From positions 2,216 through 66,215 of the IMG/VR virus record IMGVR_UViG_3300018954_000017: 64,000 nt of DNA, one strand, 5' to 3'. Each line of letters starts with the position of its first letter. Position 1 is the first letter of the stretch. Below the pieces are notes generated by a model. That model was not told the DNA's origin and made no database searches. It saw only the letters and a program-made list of their open reading frames with translations. Source of the stretch: a virus. Positions 20,132-29,364 of the stretch are shown one piece after another. Made by a program: the position numbers and the translations under genes.

Positions 20132-20704
20132 TTAACCCTTTTGTTTCTTAGGTTTACTATTGCGCGGCTTCGGTATGCGTTTGACCCAATTAATCTTGCA
20201 ACCAGCTTGCGGAACCTCTCGTGTCCAAATGTACCAGTCACAAGCCACCATGTCGCTATTGCCGTCGCCAGTGAACGACACTCTGGGACAAAAGATGATT
20301 TGCGCCATGTGGTTTTCATACTTCTGTAGCCAATCCTGTCTGTCAAAACAAGACTCAGTGATCGACTTGCGCATGAACAAAGCTATACCCTTATTGCAAC
20401 TCTCGAACATTTGTGGTAATGCTTCTGCTATGACATTGAAGGGTGGGTTTGTAATAATCCAGTCCACAGTGGACGGCGGGTTCCAAGTGCGTATGTCGCA
20501 ATGATAGTCGGCTTCTATATCTGGGTCAATGTCATTTGTCATCACTCGATATCCCGCAGATTCCAATGGCTTGGCGATCGCCCCATCACCCACAGCACAT
20601 TCGAGTATGGTGTCTGTCGTACTAATGCCAACCTGTTGGTTCTCTAGTAACCAGGTGGCTACTGTAGCGGGGCTGTAGTATGCGTCAAGTTTGCGACGTG
20701 ACAT
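20132..20704 (-). CDS. Orphan DNA N6-adenine methyltransferase
   Basis: DAYYSP, ILECAVGDGAI (SAM-binding) and IITNPPF catalytic motif. Confidence 0.85.
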   Translation of the reverse strand: MSRRKLDAYYSPATVATWLLENQQVGISTTDTILECAVGDGAIAKPLESAGYRVMTNDIDPDIEADYHCDIRTWNPPSTVDWIITNPPFNVIAEALPQMFESCNKGIALFMRKSITESCFDRQDWLQKYENHMAQIIFCPRVSFTGDGNSDMVACDWYIWTREVPQAGCKINWVKRIPKPRNSKPKKQKG

Positions 20705-20967
20705 CAGCTCATCTCCTGTAAATATACTGTCAAAACCTCGATGCCCTTGTCAAACGTGTCCCAGGTTACCTCTCGCGTTCCACAGGGAAACTCTAAATAG
20801 TCACCGTTGTCAATGTGATTGACCCATCCGTAGCCATCCTCTGATAGCTCAAGGGTACAATGTTCACGATTGTCGCCAACGGCTTGCAGTCGATTGAACA
20901 GGTGCCAGATCTCAAGCACCTTTGCTGAGGTTTCTGTGATTGTAACTGTCTTGTAATGATGTAGCAT
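20704..20967 (-). CDS. Hypothetical protein (paralogue of 15752)
   Basis: KVLEIWHLF...LSEDGYG...WDTFDKGIEVLTVYL. Confidence 0.6.
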   Translation of the reverse strand: MLHHYKTVTITETSAKVLEIWHLFNRLQAVGDNREHCTLELSEDGYGWVNHIDNGDYLEFPCGTREVTWDTFDKGIEVLTVYLQEMS

Positions 20968-20979
20968 TGCAACTCTCCT

Positions 20980-21198
20980 CTATAGATTGGGTATCCGGCT
21001 CTCTAGCCAAACCTCGAACTGCACACCTCGATACTCAACCACCACTGTACAATCCTCAGTCTTCCCGGTAGAGCGAAGTACCTCGCACCCTAACCAGTGA
21101 TCATTGTAGAGAGCTGCTGCCAACTTGCCAGCAGCAATGTAGTCTTCCGCAGTTAACTGTCGTATATCTGTCGAATAACACAAGCTCATAAGTCTCAC
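20980..21198 (-). CDS. Hypothetical protein
   Basis: 72 aa preceded by the early intergenic motif. Confidence 0.55.
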   Translation of the reverse strand: MRLMSLCYSTDIRQLTAEDYIAAGKLAAALYNDHWLGCEVLRSTGKTEDCTVVVEYRGVQFEVWLESRIPNL

Positions 21199-21232
21199 AG
21201 ATTAAGTTAATTGGTAGATGACCCTGACAACT

Positions 21233-21463
21233 TTAGTTTTCTGTGGGGTTGTTGAAGTTGACAAGATGCTCATACTGGTACTCGTATCCAGTTTTCGTTA
21301 CTTTCACCGAGTAGTTTCGAGTTGTCACATTGATGACTTTCGGTAACTCGATTAACCCTTTACGCTGCAACGCCCTCCACACATTGAGATTATGATGATG
21401 TACTGAGCAACCAGGGCTGATTGCGTCTGCTAATGCTATCTCTTGCACTTTCGTTAGCTTCAT
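21233..21463 (-). CDS. Small putative winged-helix protein
   Basis: MKLTKVQEIAL...WRALQRKGLIE. Confidence 0.55.
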   Translation of the reverse strand: MKLTKVQEIALADAISPGCSVHHHNLNVWRALQRKGLIELPKVINVTTRNYSVKVTKTGYEYQYEHLVNFNNPTEN

Positions 21464-21535
21464 TAGTTATCTCTGTTGGATGACTATAGATTGGCAGATG
21501 CGCCCGATTGCGGTCAAAGTTTGCTATCGCAAAAC

Positions 21536-21721
21536 TTAATAGCCTTTCTGAGCAATGTGTTCGATTTGTTCTAGTTCGTATTCCATCTGTCGGAGTCCGC
21601 GTTCTAAGGCTTCCTTGATGATTACGCTCTGGCGACGGTTTGTTTTAGCCATCAATCGCTCAATAGCCGCACCTGTGTCTGGGTAAATAGCTACAGCTTG
21701 TCGTGGAGTTCGATTTGCCAT
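21536..21721 (-). CDS. Ribbon-helix-helix regulator
   Basis: RQAVAIYPDTGAAIERLMAKTNRRQSVIIKEALERGL; divergent from the antirepressor-like gene. Confidence 0.7.
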   Translation of the reverse strand: MANRTPRQAVAIYPDTGAAIERLMAKTNRRQSVIIKEALERGLRQMEYELEQIEHIAQKGY

Positions 21722-21851
21722 TGTTTTTCTTATGTGTCGTAAATTCAGTGGTCACCAGCGGTTACCTTATGTTAACATGGGAGAAGCAGCTAGGTCAAGT
21801 CTGCGATGTCTAACCCTAGCTGCCCGTAACATCCACAATACCCATTCTATC

Positions 21852-22613
21852 ATGAGTAATCTTTCTGTCACATTGCCTGAGTCTACAATTGTTGGATTTC
21901 TGGAGTCTGAATACGAGTGTGCAGTTGATATTGAGTTGTTAGTAGGCATTGGTGTCTACAGCAGAAAAGACCATGCAGTTCGAGCATTGAAGAAAAACTT
22001 TGAAGAAGGTATTGACTTCTCCTCTTCAAAGGGGAGAGCAAGCCAGCAGGGAGTTTCAGCTACCTGTTACTTCTTAACCTCAGACTGCTTCAAGCAGATG
22101 TGTATGATGGCTGAAACAGAATTCGGTCGTGCAGTCCGCAAATACTACCTCGAAGTCGAACGTCGCTGGAAAGAGTCTCGCAAGACTTCTCAAGCACCCT
22201 ATCATTGGCAAAGGTTACAAACGTTCAGCGAGAAAACCGGACGGTTACCTGCGGGATACTTTTGCATCTTCCAAGAGATAACGCCATTGGTCAGAGATCT
22301 GGAGTCTTTAGGCTATCACCTCCCAGAGAATGCAATCATCGACTCTAGTATCGGCAAACGCTTCTGTGAACATTTGCGGAACGAATGCCAGATAGATCCG
22401 GATGTAGTGTGTAGAACTTACAAACATTGGTATCCAGGGCGGCGTTGGTCAGTAGATGCAAACCTGTATCCACTCAATCTCATCGGAGTTTTCCGGGAGT
22501 GGTTGGAATACCAGTACTATCACGAGTATCTCATTCCCTACTTCAAGGGTCGTCGTGACCCCAAAGCCCTCCAAGCCGCCTCTAGATTCCTCGGCTTACT
22601 TCCGTCACAATAG
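21852..22613 (+). CDS. Antirepressor-like N-terminal domain fused to a BstA-like C-terminal domain
   Basis: N: YSRKDHAVRALKKNFEEGIDF...YFLTSDCFKQMCMMAETEFGRAVRKYY; C: LPAGYFCIFQEI...DSSIG...YKHWYP...YP...GVFREWL; ATG 21852 preferred over the tracked 21732. Confidence 0.7.
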   Translation: MSNLSVTLPESTIVGFLESEYECAVDIELLVGIGVYSRKDHAVRALKKNFEEGIDFSSSKGRASQQGVSATCYFLTSDCFKQMCMMAETEFGRAVRKYYLEVERRWKESRKTSQAPYHWQRLQTFSEKTGRLPAGYFCIFQEITPLVRDLESLGYHLPENAIIDSSIGKRFCEHLRNECQIDPDVVCRTYKHWYPGRRWSVDANLYPLNLIGVFREWLEYQYYHEYLIPYFKGRRDPKALQAASRFLGLLPSQ

Positions 22614-22641
22614 ACTACTAATGTCGGTCTAGAGCTGTTTT

Positions 22642-22663
22642 AGCCCCGGTAGAGGGGCTTTTT
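22642..22663 (+). terminator. Intrinsic terminator
   Basis: AGCCCC-N6-GGGGCT followed by TTTT. Confidence 0.75.
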
Positions 22664-22706
22664 AATGCTCATAGCTCACGAAGCGTAGCGCAGTTACTCA
22701 TAGCTC

Positions 22707-23003
22707 TCATCCCCGACTCTTCCGTAACTCCTCCACCTCACTCCTAATCTCATCCAACATCACCCTCTGTTCCTCAATCCACAGAGCCAATGCCGCTATA
22801 GCATCCTCTTGAGTGCTATAGCAGTCTTCCGGGCGGAAGTAACGGACATTTGTGTCGAAGATGTAACCCGCCCGATTGATTGATTTGACGGTTGAGCTAA
22901 CGATTAACCGTTCGCAACACCTCCAATTGTCTAGCGAGTTGAGGTTGATAAAGAAAAATCTGTCGCCAGGTTTCAAACTAACCATTCCGCTTTCTCCTAA
23001 CAT
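22707..23003 (-). CDS. Hypothetical protein
   Basis: 98 aa. Confidence 0.55.
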   Translation of the reverse strand: MLGESGMVSLKPGDRFFFINLNSLDNWRCCERLIVSSTVKSINRAGYIFDTNVRYFRPEDCYSTQEDAIAALALWIEEQRVMLDEIRSEVEELRKSRG

Positions 23004-23043
23004 TAATTAGCCTAACTATAGCAGCTTTTGCTAACAATTGAAG

Positions 23044-23334
23044 CTAGTACTCTGCTATTACAGTTTCACCGAATTCTGCGCCGTTGTCCATGAACCAATC
23101 AGAAGCAATACAGTCGCCACGTTCGATAATAAGATCACCATCTTGCCAGAGAATTTGTCCGCCTTGATAATCTCTCATGAACTTGCACTCGCTCAGTCCG
23201 TAAACGTAAAACCTTCGCATATCACCCGGAAGGCACTCGTTGCAGACTTCTACAAACCGATTCCAGACATCTATCGGCATACCAGATCGAACATTGAAGT
23301 GCTTCATGGATTGGTAATACTGCTTAACCATCAC
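23044..23334 (-). CDS. Hypothetical protein
   Basis: 96 aa. Confidence 0.55.
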   Translation of the reverse strand: MMVKQYYQSMKHFNVRSGMPIDVWNRFVEVCNECLPGDMRRFYVYGLSECKFMRDYQGGQILWQDGDLIIERGDCIASDWFMDNGAEFGETVIAEY

Positions 23335-23769
23335 GCGTTTCCTCGCTCAACTTCCCCAATTGTAGCTCTAGCGTCACTCTGGCGTCAAACACGGTAAGTG
23401 GGGAATCTCGATTTACTGTAAATCTGGACTTCGACCGTACCTCTTTACCGTGAGAACCGTACCGTAGCAATCTAAAATCGTTGATGTGTAAGGATTTGAG
23501 GTTGTTTTTAGTCAAACTTTCCCACAATGTCGTATAGCTGTGAATCGCTCTAATGCCTACTATAGCGGCGTTTGAGACGATAAATCTGAATGATTTCGGT
23601 GATTTTAGGGCGAAAATTGCGATAGTTCTCTTTTGTATGAACCAATAAGCCAGAACGTAGACTGGGCGGTTATCTTAGCGAATTACTTGACAAACAGAAA
23701 ATCTGTGTTACCCTTAAGAATCTATATTTTATTATTCTTATAATTAAGTTAATTAACTAAGAATCCTCC

Positions 23770-24153
23770 GTTAATTCTTTTATTCGTTCCTCATAAAAGA
23801 ATTAACTACGGTGCGCTAATCGCGCAAGCTGGACGGTCAGGAGGATGATTGAGAAAGAATACGGATTGCTCACGCCTATACGACCAATCTAAGGGGTATT
23901 CGCTGCGCTCATGGGCAAAGCCTGACCTGACTTACCATCATCGTCTTAAAGATCTCGAATACGGGCTGGTCTGTTAACTCGGAAGACAGATACTTAAACT
24001 TCCCGTGCAGAAGATGCTGGATCGGTGTAGATCTTTTAAATACGATTTCGTCCCCGCTAAAATCGCCAAGAAGCTGCCCCAAATTCCGCGAACGTCCAAT
24101 CCTACCCGCGACCCCCTAAACCCGCCCTCCTGCCCCGTACAGCCGCCTCTGAG
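23770..24153 (+). repeat. Dispersed non-coding element family A, copy 1
   Basis: 23830-24153 aligns to 32730-33050, including a 58-nt block with one mismatch; preceded by hairpins and an AT-rich tract. Confidence 0.9.
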
Positions 24154-24302
24154 CTAACCCACACGCAACCCATCCACCCTACCTAACAGAGCTAGCCGCC
24201 CAACTAACGCAAAATCGTTGTTTGACCAGTTCGTCCCGAATATGACAAAGCCCTCGAAGGCGATAGGTGCTTTCGAGGGCTGTAGGAGGCTATTGGGTGA
24301 CT

Positions 24303-24557
24303 TTAGTCGTCCGATTCTAGTTCTAGATCGTGGTCGCTCACTGAACTCTCACAGGATTGTCGGTAACTCATTTCATCTAACCCTGCTTGGATTGCATCAA
24401 CCACCAAACATTTCGCGATGTCTTCAATGTCTAAATCCTCAGATAGTCCCAATTTCCGGCACAACTTTTTTAGTTCAGATTTAGTTTTGGGCAACGCTAA
24501 CGGAACACAAACTTCTACCAATCCATTCACTGTTACTTCTTGCATTTCTATCTCCAA
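24303..24557 (-). CDS. Hypothetical protein
   Basis: 84 aa. Confidence 0.5.
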   Translation of the reverse strand: MEIEMQEVTVNGLVEVCVPLALPKTKSELKKLCRKLGLSEDLDIEDIAKCLVVDAIQAGLDEMSYRQSCESSVSDHDLELESDD

Positions 24558-24642
24558 TCTTTTGCTTAGTTAATGTTAGCTAAAGTGGCTAATGATACAT
24601 CCGCTCTGCTCAATGTTTGCTTTGGTTGGTGTTAAGAGAACT

Positions 24643-24963
24643 CTACCACGAATGATCGATTAAGTAGTTTCCTTGGGGAAGGTAACCGTCGTAAACTAGA
24701 CGGGCGAGTATTGCGCCGATGTCACCCCAATATTCGGACTCAAGGTAGTTGACTATCATCAGGGCATTTTCCGTGTCATATCCGGCAAAAGAACCCTCAC
24801 CAAAGTCTGGCTGTTTGTCGTGGACTATCTCAAACAATCTCATGTCCCCATTATTACCGCCACAAAACATAAATATTTGCGGCAACCCGTAACAGTCTGT
24901 GATGAATCGACATAAGTCCGAACTATCCACACAGATCACCGTCTTACTCGTACTCTTTAGCAT
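24643..24963 (-). CDS. Hypothetical phage protein
   Basis: 106 aa, L..L...GYLP.GNYLI..SW C-terminus. Confidence 0.6.
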   Translation of the reverse strand: MLKSTSKTVICVDSSDLCRFITDCYGLPQIFMFCGGNNGDMRLFEIVHDKQPDFGEGSFAGYDTENALMIVNYLESEYWGDIGAILARLVYDGYLPQGNYLIDHSW

Positions 24964-25152
24964 CGATTGCTCCTATAGTTTGCGATTGAAGTGTTGCAAT
25001 AGCAACCTTTGACTGCGGTAGATGCGCCAATAGTTCGAGCCATTGAAGCTTTCGTTGATTTGTGCTAATCGATTGATTGCTCTTGTGAAGTCCATGTTAG
25101 CTTCGCTCACTATCTAAGGTTTACTTGTTGTTGCAGATGTCTTCGATAGTCG

Positions 25153-25374
25153 TCAAATGTTGGCTTCGGGTTCTGATAGGTAGGAGTCAGTCTGATGTAT
25201 TTCGTAATTGCCGCGATCGTCCACCCATTGACCTCGCGCAAATCTTCTTTCTTTCCACTGTGAACCCTTTCGTTGGTCTTTAGCCACTTCCAGTGTTGGA
25301 TACACACCCAACACCGTGAAAGACTCGTAATCATCCCACATTATCAAAACGAATAATTGTTGTAACATTGTCAT
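25153..25374 (-). CDS. Hypothetical protein
   Basis: 73 aa, VLGVYPTLEVAK. Confidence 0.6.
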   Translation of the reverse strand: MTMLQQLFVLIMWDDYESFTVLGVYPTLEVAKDQRKGSQWKERRFARGQWVDDRGNYEIHQTDSYLSEPEANI

Positions 25375-25407
25375 TCTCCTTTGGTTATTTCTGCTAACTT
25401 TTGCCGC

Positions 25408-25719
25408 TTAAGTTCCTTTAGACCGAGTTTTAATTCTTTTTCTGACCTGTATGATAGCTGACCTGATGCATCGCCATTGTGCGTTGTCGAAGTTGTCAGA
25501 ACCCAATTCTCCAAATTGCAACGAATAGTCCCAAGCTAAATCTGCAAAGTTTTCACAACGAATCTCTCCACCATCCTTAAACAAGTTATCAAGAAATGTA
25601 TTGAAGTTGTCAACCGAAATTCCAGCGAGACTTTTGTTTGCACTTGCTGCCTTGTCGATTAATGAGTCAGCCATGCGATCTGCTGTTTCACGCACGGTTA
25701 TCTTTAATTTGTTAGCCAT
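25408..25719 (-). CDS. Hypothetical protein
   Basis: 103 aa. Confidence 0.6.
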   Translation of the reverse strand: MANKLKITVRETADRMADSLIDKAASANKSLAGISVDNFNTFLDNLFKDGGEIRCENFADLAWDYSLQFGELGSDNFDNAQWRCIRSAIIQVRKRIKTRSKGT

Positions 25720-25756
25720 TTTATTTTTCTCAATTACGTTACTGTAGCCCTACATT

Positions 25757-25778
25757 AGCCGCTTTCGGGCGGCTTTTT
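25757..25778 (+). terminator. Intrinsic terminator oriented for the plus strand inside a minus-strand gene run
   Basis: AGCCGC-TTTCGG-GCGGCT followed by TTTT. Confidence 0.6.
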
Positions 25779-25781
25779 AAG

Positions 25782-25991
25782 TTACTGAGCTGTGTCGTTA
25801 CTTTTCACGAATGATTCTGTGAGGACGATGCCAGATGAGTCGTTGCTGAGTTTATTCTCAAACTCTATCAACTTTCTCATCAACTCGTAACTACCTGTCG
25901 GCGTTCCGTCAGAGTCTAGTCCATGAATACTGACTAAGTTGACTAGTCTTCTGTACTCTAATTTTGTCAATTTGATTGCTGGTAAACTCAT
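25782..25991 (-). CDS. Hypothetical protein
   Basis: 69 aa, GGAG RBS. Confidence 0.55.
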   Translation of the reverse strand: MSLPAIKLTKLEYRRLVNLVSIHGLDSDGTPTGSYELMRKLIEFENKLSNDSSGIVLTESFVKSNDTAQ

Positions 25992-26042
25992 GTTTCTCTC
26001 CGGTGACTTAAGTTTGCAGTAGATGACCCTAGCTGACTTTAG

Positions 26043-26456
26043 CTACAGGATATCCCAGCTAAAGTAACCGTAGACCAAGACCTCAGAGTCATTTACGTAC
26101 CAAACATTATCACCTTCACTCATCAGAGTGCCGTATTTCAATTGCCAGTCAGCAACCTCATCAATCACCAACTGTTCTAGCAGAACTGCTGCATCCTCAT
26201 CATTACTCGGTAGGATCGCCCATAACTCCTCGTATCCAGAGCCACCCAAGACTTCACTAGCTACCAATTGAGCCAACTCTCGTGAACTCATGCTGTCATA
26301 GTACTCCACAGTAATCAGTTGCTCGCCTTCGCGATTGTGGTGGTCAGTGAGGTAGTCGGGTGTGCAAATGTCGATGAAGTTGTAACGCAGATTGTAGTTG
26401 TTCATGAGTTTAATGGTTGTGATGGGTTTACTGTAGACGCTTCCTGACTCAATCAA
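26043..26456 (-). CDS. Hypothetical acidic protein
   Basis: Real start may be internal (MNNYNL). Confidence 0.55.
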   Translation of the reverse strand: MIESGSVYSKPITTIKLMNNYNLRYNFIDICTPDYLTDHHNREGEQLITVEYYDSMSSRELAQLVASEVLGGSGYEELWAILPSNDEDAAVLLEQLVIDEVADWQLKYGTLMSEGDNVWYVNDSEVLVYGYFSWDIL

Positions 26457-26849
26457 CTATAACAAGTGGGCATCCACGCGGTCAATCGTAACACCAGCCA
26501 GCGTATGTTGACTCATGTAGTCGAGGATCGCTCTCAGCTCTTGACGTGATGCAGAATTCTTCAACGTGTTGGCACGGTAGCTAATGATGCGACAGTTCGC
26601 TTGAGTGTAGCCCTTCGAGTTATCAACCCGATCCACTGAGGGAGCGTGTGGTAGGTCAGATCTGTCACAACCAACAGTGATGGGAATGTTGAGTACTGGG
26701 CAACGTTTAGGTAGGTTAGCCAGCAGCCACTCAGTTGTCAGGTCAAACTCTAATCCTAACTCTTGCGCTCGTTTGCGGCTTCTGTATAGCTGTAGCCGCG
26801 CCCACCCAGTGCGGGATTGTCTGTAGGATTTGGTTGTCATGGGTTGCAA
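26457..26849 (-). CDS. HNH/EndoVII-like endonuclease
   Basis: CPVLNIP...PSVDRVDNSKGYTQANCRIISYRANTLKN is a typical phage HNH-family signature. Confidence 0.8.
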   Translation of the reverse strand: MQPMTTKSYRQSRTGWARLQLYRSRKRAQELGLEFDLTTEWLLANLPKRCPVLNIPITVGCDRSDLPHAPSVDRVDNSKGYTQANCRIISYRANTLKNSASRQELRAILDYMSQHTLAGVTIDRVDAHLL

Positions 26850-26885
26850 TTGGTAACGTGTGGAGTAGATGCAACACTGATGACA

Positions 26886-27311
26886 TCAGTTAAGGCGATA
26901 GACGTAGTAGTTAGACCAATCTTTTTTCTTGATCTTAAGGATTCGAGCGATTTCTCGTGTATCATCCGAGTCAATCTCGTCCAACGTGTATTCTTCGCCA
27001 TTATAACTTGAGAGGAAATGACCCCGACTATCAGCACTGACTGCATCATGTACAAACTTTTTGAAGTCTGGAATGAGTTTGTGGAGCATAGGATTGGCAT
27101 CCTCATACTTTGACTGAATCACTTTGATAACATCAATATCGTCAATGATTGCGTGACTAGCAATAAAGTTTGACTCAAAGCTCCACACCGAATCGTGAAT
27201 GTATTTCTCAACTGCTGTATCTGCCTCATCATTAGTTCCTACCGCGTACTCACGATTACCTAAGCTAACCATTGTCATGCCGTAGAAGTCGTAGCCTAAT
27301 ATCTTGGTCAT
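26886..27311 (-). CDS. Conserved hypothetical phage protein
   Basis: EYAVGTNDEAD...AVSADSRGHFLSSYNGEE; has its own sigma70-like promoter. Confidence 0.7.
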   Translation of the reverse strand: MTKILGYDFYGMTMVSLGNREYAVGTNDEADTAVEKYIHDSVWSFESNFIASHAIIDDIDVIKVIQSKYEDANPMLHKLIPDFKKFVHDAVSADSRGHFLSSYNGEEYTLDEIDSDDTREIARILKIKKKDWSNYYVYRLN

Positions 27312-27335
27312 TTTTACATCCTCAGTTGTGAATCT

Positions 27336-27365
27336 ATTGTAACTTTAGCTAAACTATTGGGTCAA
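27336..27365 (-). promoter_or_regulatory. Sigma70-type promoter
   Basis: TTGACC-18 nt-TACAAT on the minus strand, about 25 nt upstream of ATG 27311. Confidence 0.6.
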
Positions 27366-27413
27366 AGCTTGCTATCGCAAGACTTAATTGCGGTAGATGC
27401 ACCGGATGATTGT

Positions 27414-27620
27414 TTACCGATACATCCCATACAATTCGTTCGCCCTCAGCCACTCGGCAGGCTCTAGGGAAACGTTCGCAGCTAATCCTAACAGAATGTT
27501 CTGATTGTTGTGGAGTTTGTAGACGTTGTCTAATGCTGCTTTGGCTTGCGATAGTTTCTGTGGCGCGATTGAGGCGAAGAATATCTCGGTTTGGATGTAG
27601 CGGTCGATTGTGTTGTTCAT
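27414..27620 (-). CDS. Hypothetical protein
   Basis: 68 aa flanked by the early intergenic motif. Confidence 0.6.
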   Translation of the reverse strand: MNNTIDRYIQTEIFFASIAPQKLSQAKAALDNVYKLHNNQNILLGLAANVSLEPAEWLRANELYGMYR

Positions 27621-27672
27621 GAGTTGAGGGTGTTGTTGTTTGCCAGCAAATGCGCCCTGATGTGGTCAATCG

Positions 27673-28071
27673 CTAGCTGAGATACACCTGACCATTGTCG
27701 CCTATATATGGCTCTCTCTCGCCAAATGAGTTAGCAGAGTCGGTTAACAGAGTGGCATAAGGCTCTTCATAATCACCATCCCAGAATCCGCAGCCATGAC
27801 TATTACGTGTTAACCAGAAGTCATGCATGATTGTGCTTAACTCGTGACCATTTTCTCGTAATGCGACAATTAGACTGTAATTACTTTGTATGAAATGTTC
27901 ACATTCAATCCGGTGGAACTGTAACGACTCAGTATCTACATCATCAAAGTCGTAATTGGCATCCAACGGCGCACCATTGTCATCTGTAGTTGACCATAGT
28001 GCGGTTGCTACGTACTGTTGGAATGCTTCGGAATCTAGAAGATTAACTGTTCTGTATGTTGAAACTACCAT
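27673..28071 (-). CDS. Conserved phage protein (HDFWLTRNxHGxGFWD family)
   Basis: YVATALWS...HDFWLTRNSHGCGFWDG motif. Confidence 0.75.
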   Translation of the reverse strand: MVVSTYRTVNLLDSEAFQQYVATALWSTTDDNGAPLDANYDFDDVDTESLQFHRIECEHFIQSNYSLIVALRENGHELSTIMHDFWLTRNSHGCGFWDGDYEEPYATLLTDSANSFGEREPYIGDNGQVYLS

Positions 28072-28125
28072 TGATAATGCCCGCGTGTTGGTTGACTCAA
28101 TTACAGCAAATGTACCCTGATACGG

Positions 28126-28515
28126 TCAATTGATTGGTTCCGCCCAGTACTCAGATTGCTCGAAGTCCATGTTGCTAGCATATTCGTCAGCAGCTTCCTG
28201 AGAGTCAAACTCTACGGTCTCGACAATCTCGGAACTGGAACCCGTTAGACACCAGATGTTGTACTGTTGCGGCTTTGGTCGGCTTGAGTCGGCTGATGGT
28301 TGCTCCGGGTAGAGCTGATAGCTAATGTTCAGGATGTGTTGAGAATCAACTATCAAGTCGCTGGGATGATAATCTGTAATTGCTTGAATCTCATTCCAAG
28401 TTGCTTCCTTCAGAGTGGCAATCGCTTCCCTCAAGTCATTCTGATGTTGCTCTTGTGGGTATGTGTTGCTTGAGAGCCAAGATTCTGCTAGTTGAATTGC
28501 GGTGATTAATTGCAT
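28126..28515 (-). CDS. Hypothetical protein
   Basis: 129 aa; its TGA stop overlaps the repeat. Confidence 0.6.
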   Translation of the reverse strand: MQLITAIQLAESWLSSNTYPQEQHQNDLREAIATLKEATWNEIQAITDYHPSDLIVDSQHILNISYQLYPEQPSADSSRPKPQQYNIWCLTGSSSEIVETVEFDSQEAADEYASNMDFEQSEYWAEPIN

Positions 28516-28585
28516 TTTGGGGTTCCTGTGTGGCGTTGGTTGGCTTCAGTTTGGCAGACGCACCCTGATGTGGTCAATTGTAGAG

Positions 28586-28783
28586 CTATTGCTGCTCAAA
28601 CTTTGCTACAAGTTTGTCATAGTACAGTTGAGCTTCGTAGTCATCCTCATCTTCGATATTTGATGTCATGCGACCTGGCTTGTAACTTGATTCCGACAAA
28701 AATTTGTATTGCCAAGACCATTGCCCAGTATGATGATTGTTGCAATACCAATATAAACCAACCAACTTGCTGAAAGTACTCAT
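28586..28783 (-). CDS. Hypothetical protein
   Basis: 65 aa between two repeat copies; LYWYC..HH.GQWS pattern. Confidence 0.6.
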   Translation of the reverse strand: MSTFSKLVGLYWYCNNHHTGQWSWQYKFLSESSYKPGRMTSNIEDEDDYEAQLYYDKLVAKFEQQ

Positions 28784-28994
28784 TACTTAATCCTCTGTTG
28801 CGTTTGTTGACTTTAGTCTGGCAGATGTACCCTGATGTGGTCAATTGCTTACTGTGGTGGCGTTAGGGGCAAACATGAATGATTATTCACATTTTGTCTA
28901 TAGATGCTGAGAGGTGCAAAATGTCTCTTATATGGGACATCCTCCTACAATTCCCCCTCCCAGACACCTATAGCAACCTACAGCCTCAGTAGCG

Positions 28995-29279
28995 TTACCT
29001 TAGAGAAGCTTTGGTGTGCTCTCGTCTGGCAATGGTAGTCATAAACCCTGCTAGTTCCCGGTCAGTAAGCCTTGTACAGCGGTAGCGATCTCTTACAAGC
29101 TCTCGAAACGATCGCCCGACAGAGGGGGCTACAGTGAGCTTTAGGTATAGTGTGGGAGGCACTTGTCTGTAATCGTATGCTGTGCCAGAGGTGAATACGA
29201 TTCTGAGGGTGTGAGATGGTACATCATAGGCGATGTACTGGATTGCGGTGGAATTTACGAACCTGTAGTGATTGAACAT
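28995..29279 (-). CDS. KTSC domain protein
   Basis: VNSTAIQYIAYD...LRIVFTSGTAYDYRQVP...APSVGRSFRELVRDRY. Confidence 0.85.
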   Translation of the reverse strand: MFNHYRFVNSTAIQYIAYDVPSHTLRIVFTSGTAYDYRQVPPTLYLKLTVAPSVGRSFRELVRDRYRCTRLTDRELAGFMTTIARREHTKASLR

Positions 29280-29364
29280 GATGTCTATTGCGTCCTATGC
29301 GAAAGGATTGAAGCCTTCTTGGATAGCATAAGCCAAACCATTGGCAGTAGATACACCCGACATC

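Larger units (their letters stand above)
27646..28845 (-). repeat. Early intergenic 25-bp repeat, four consecutive copies
   Basis: GCARAYGYRCCCTGATRYGGTCAAT (plus strand) at 27646, 28106, 28554 and 28821, each between two genes. Confidence 0.9.

Noticed and set aside
23830-24153. Hammerhead ribozyme in family A
   Set aside because: A GACGAAA segment exists on the minus strand, but no CUGANGA core was found at a suitable position
27646-28845. 25-bp repeats as CRISPR repeats or integron attC sites
   Set aside because: Spacing is 270-460 bp with whole genes between; no attC-like long imperfect palindrome and no cas or integrase gene in the window
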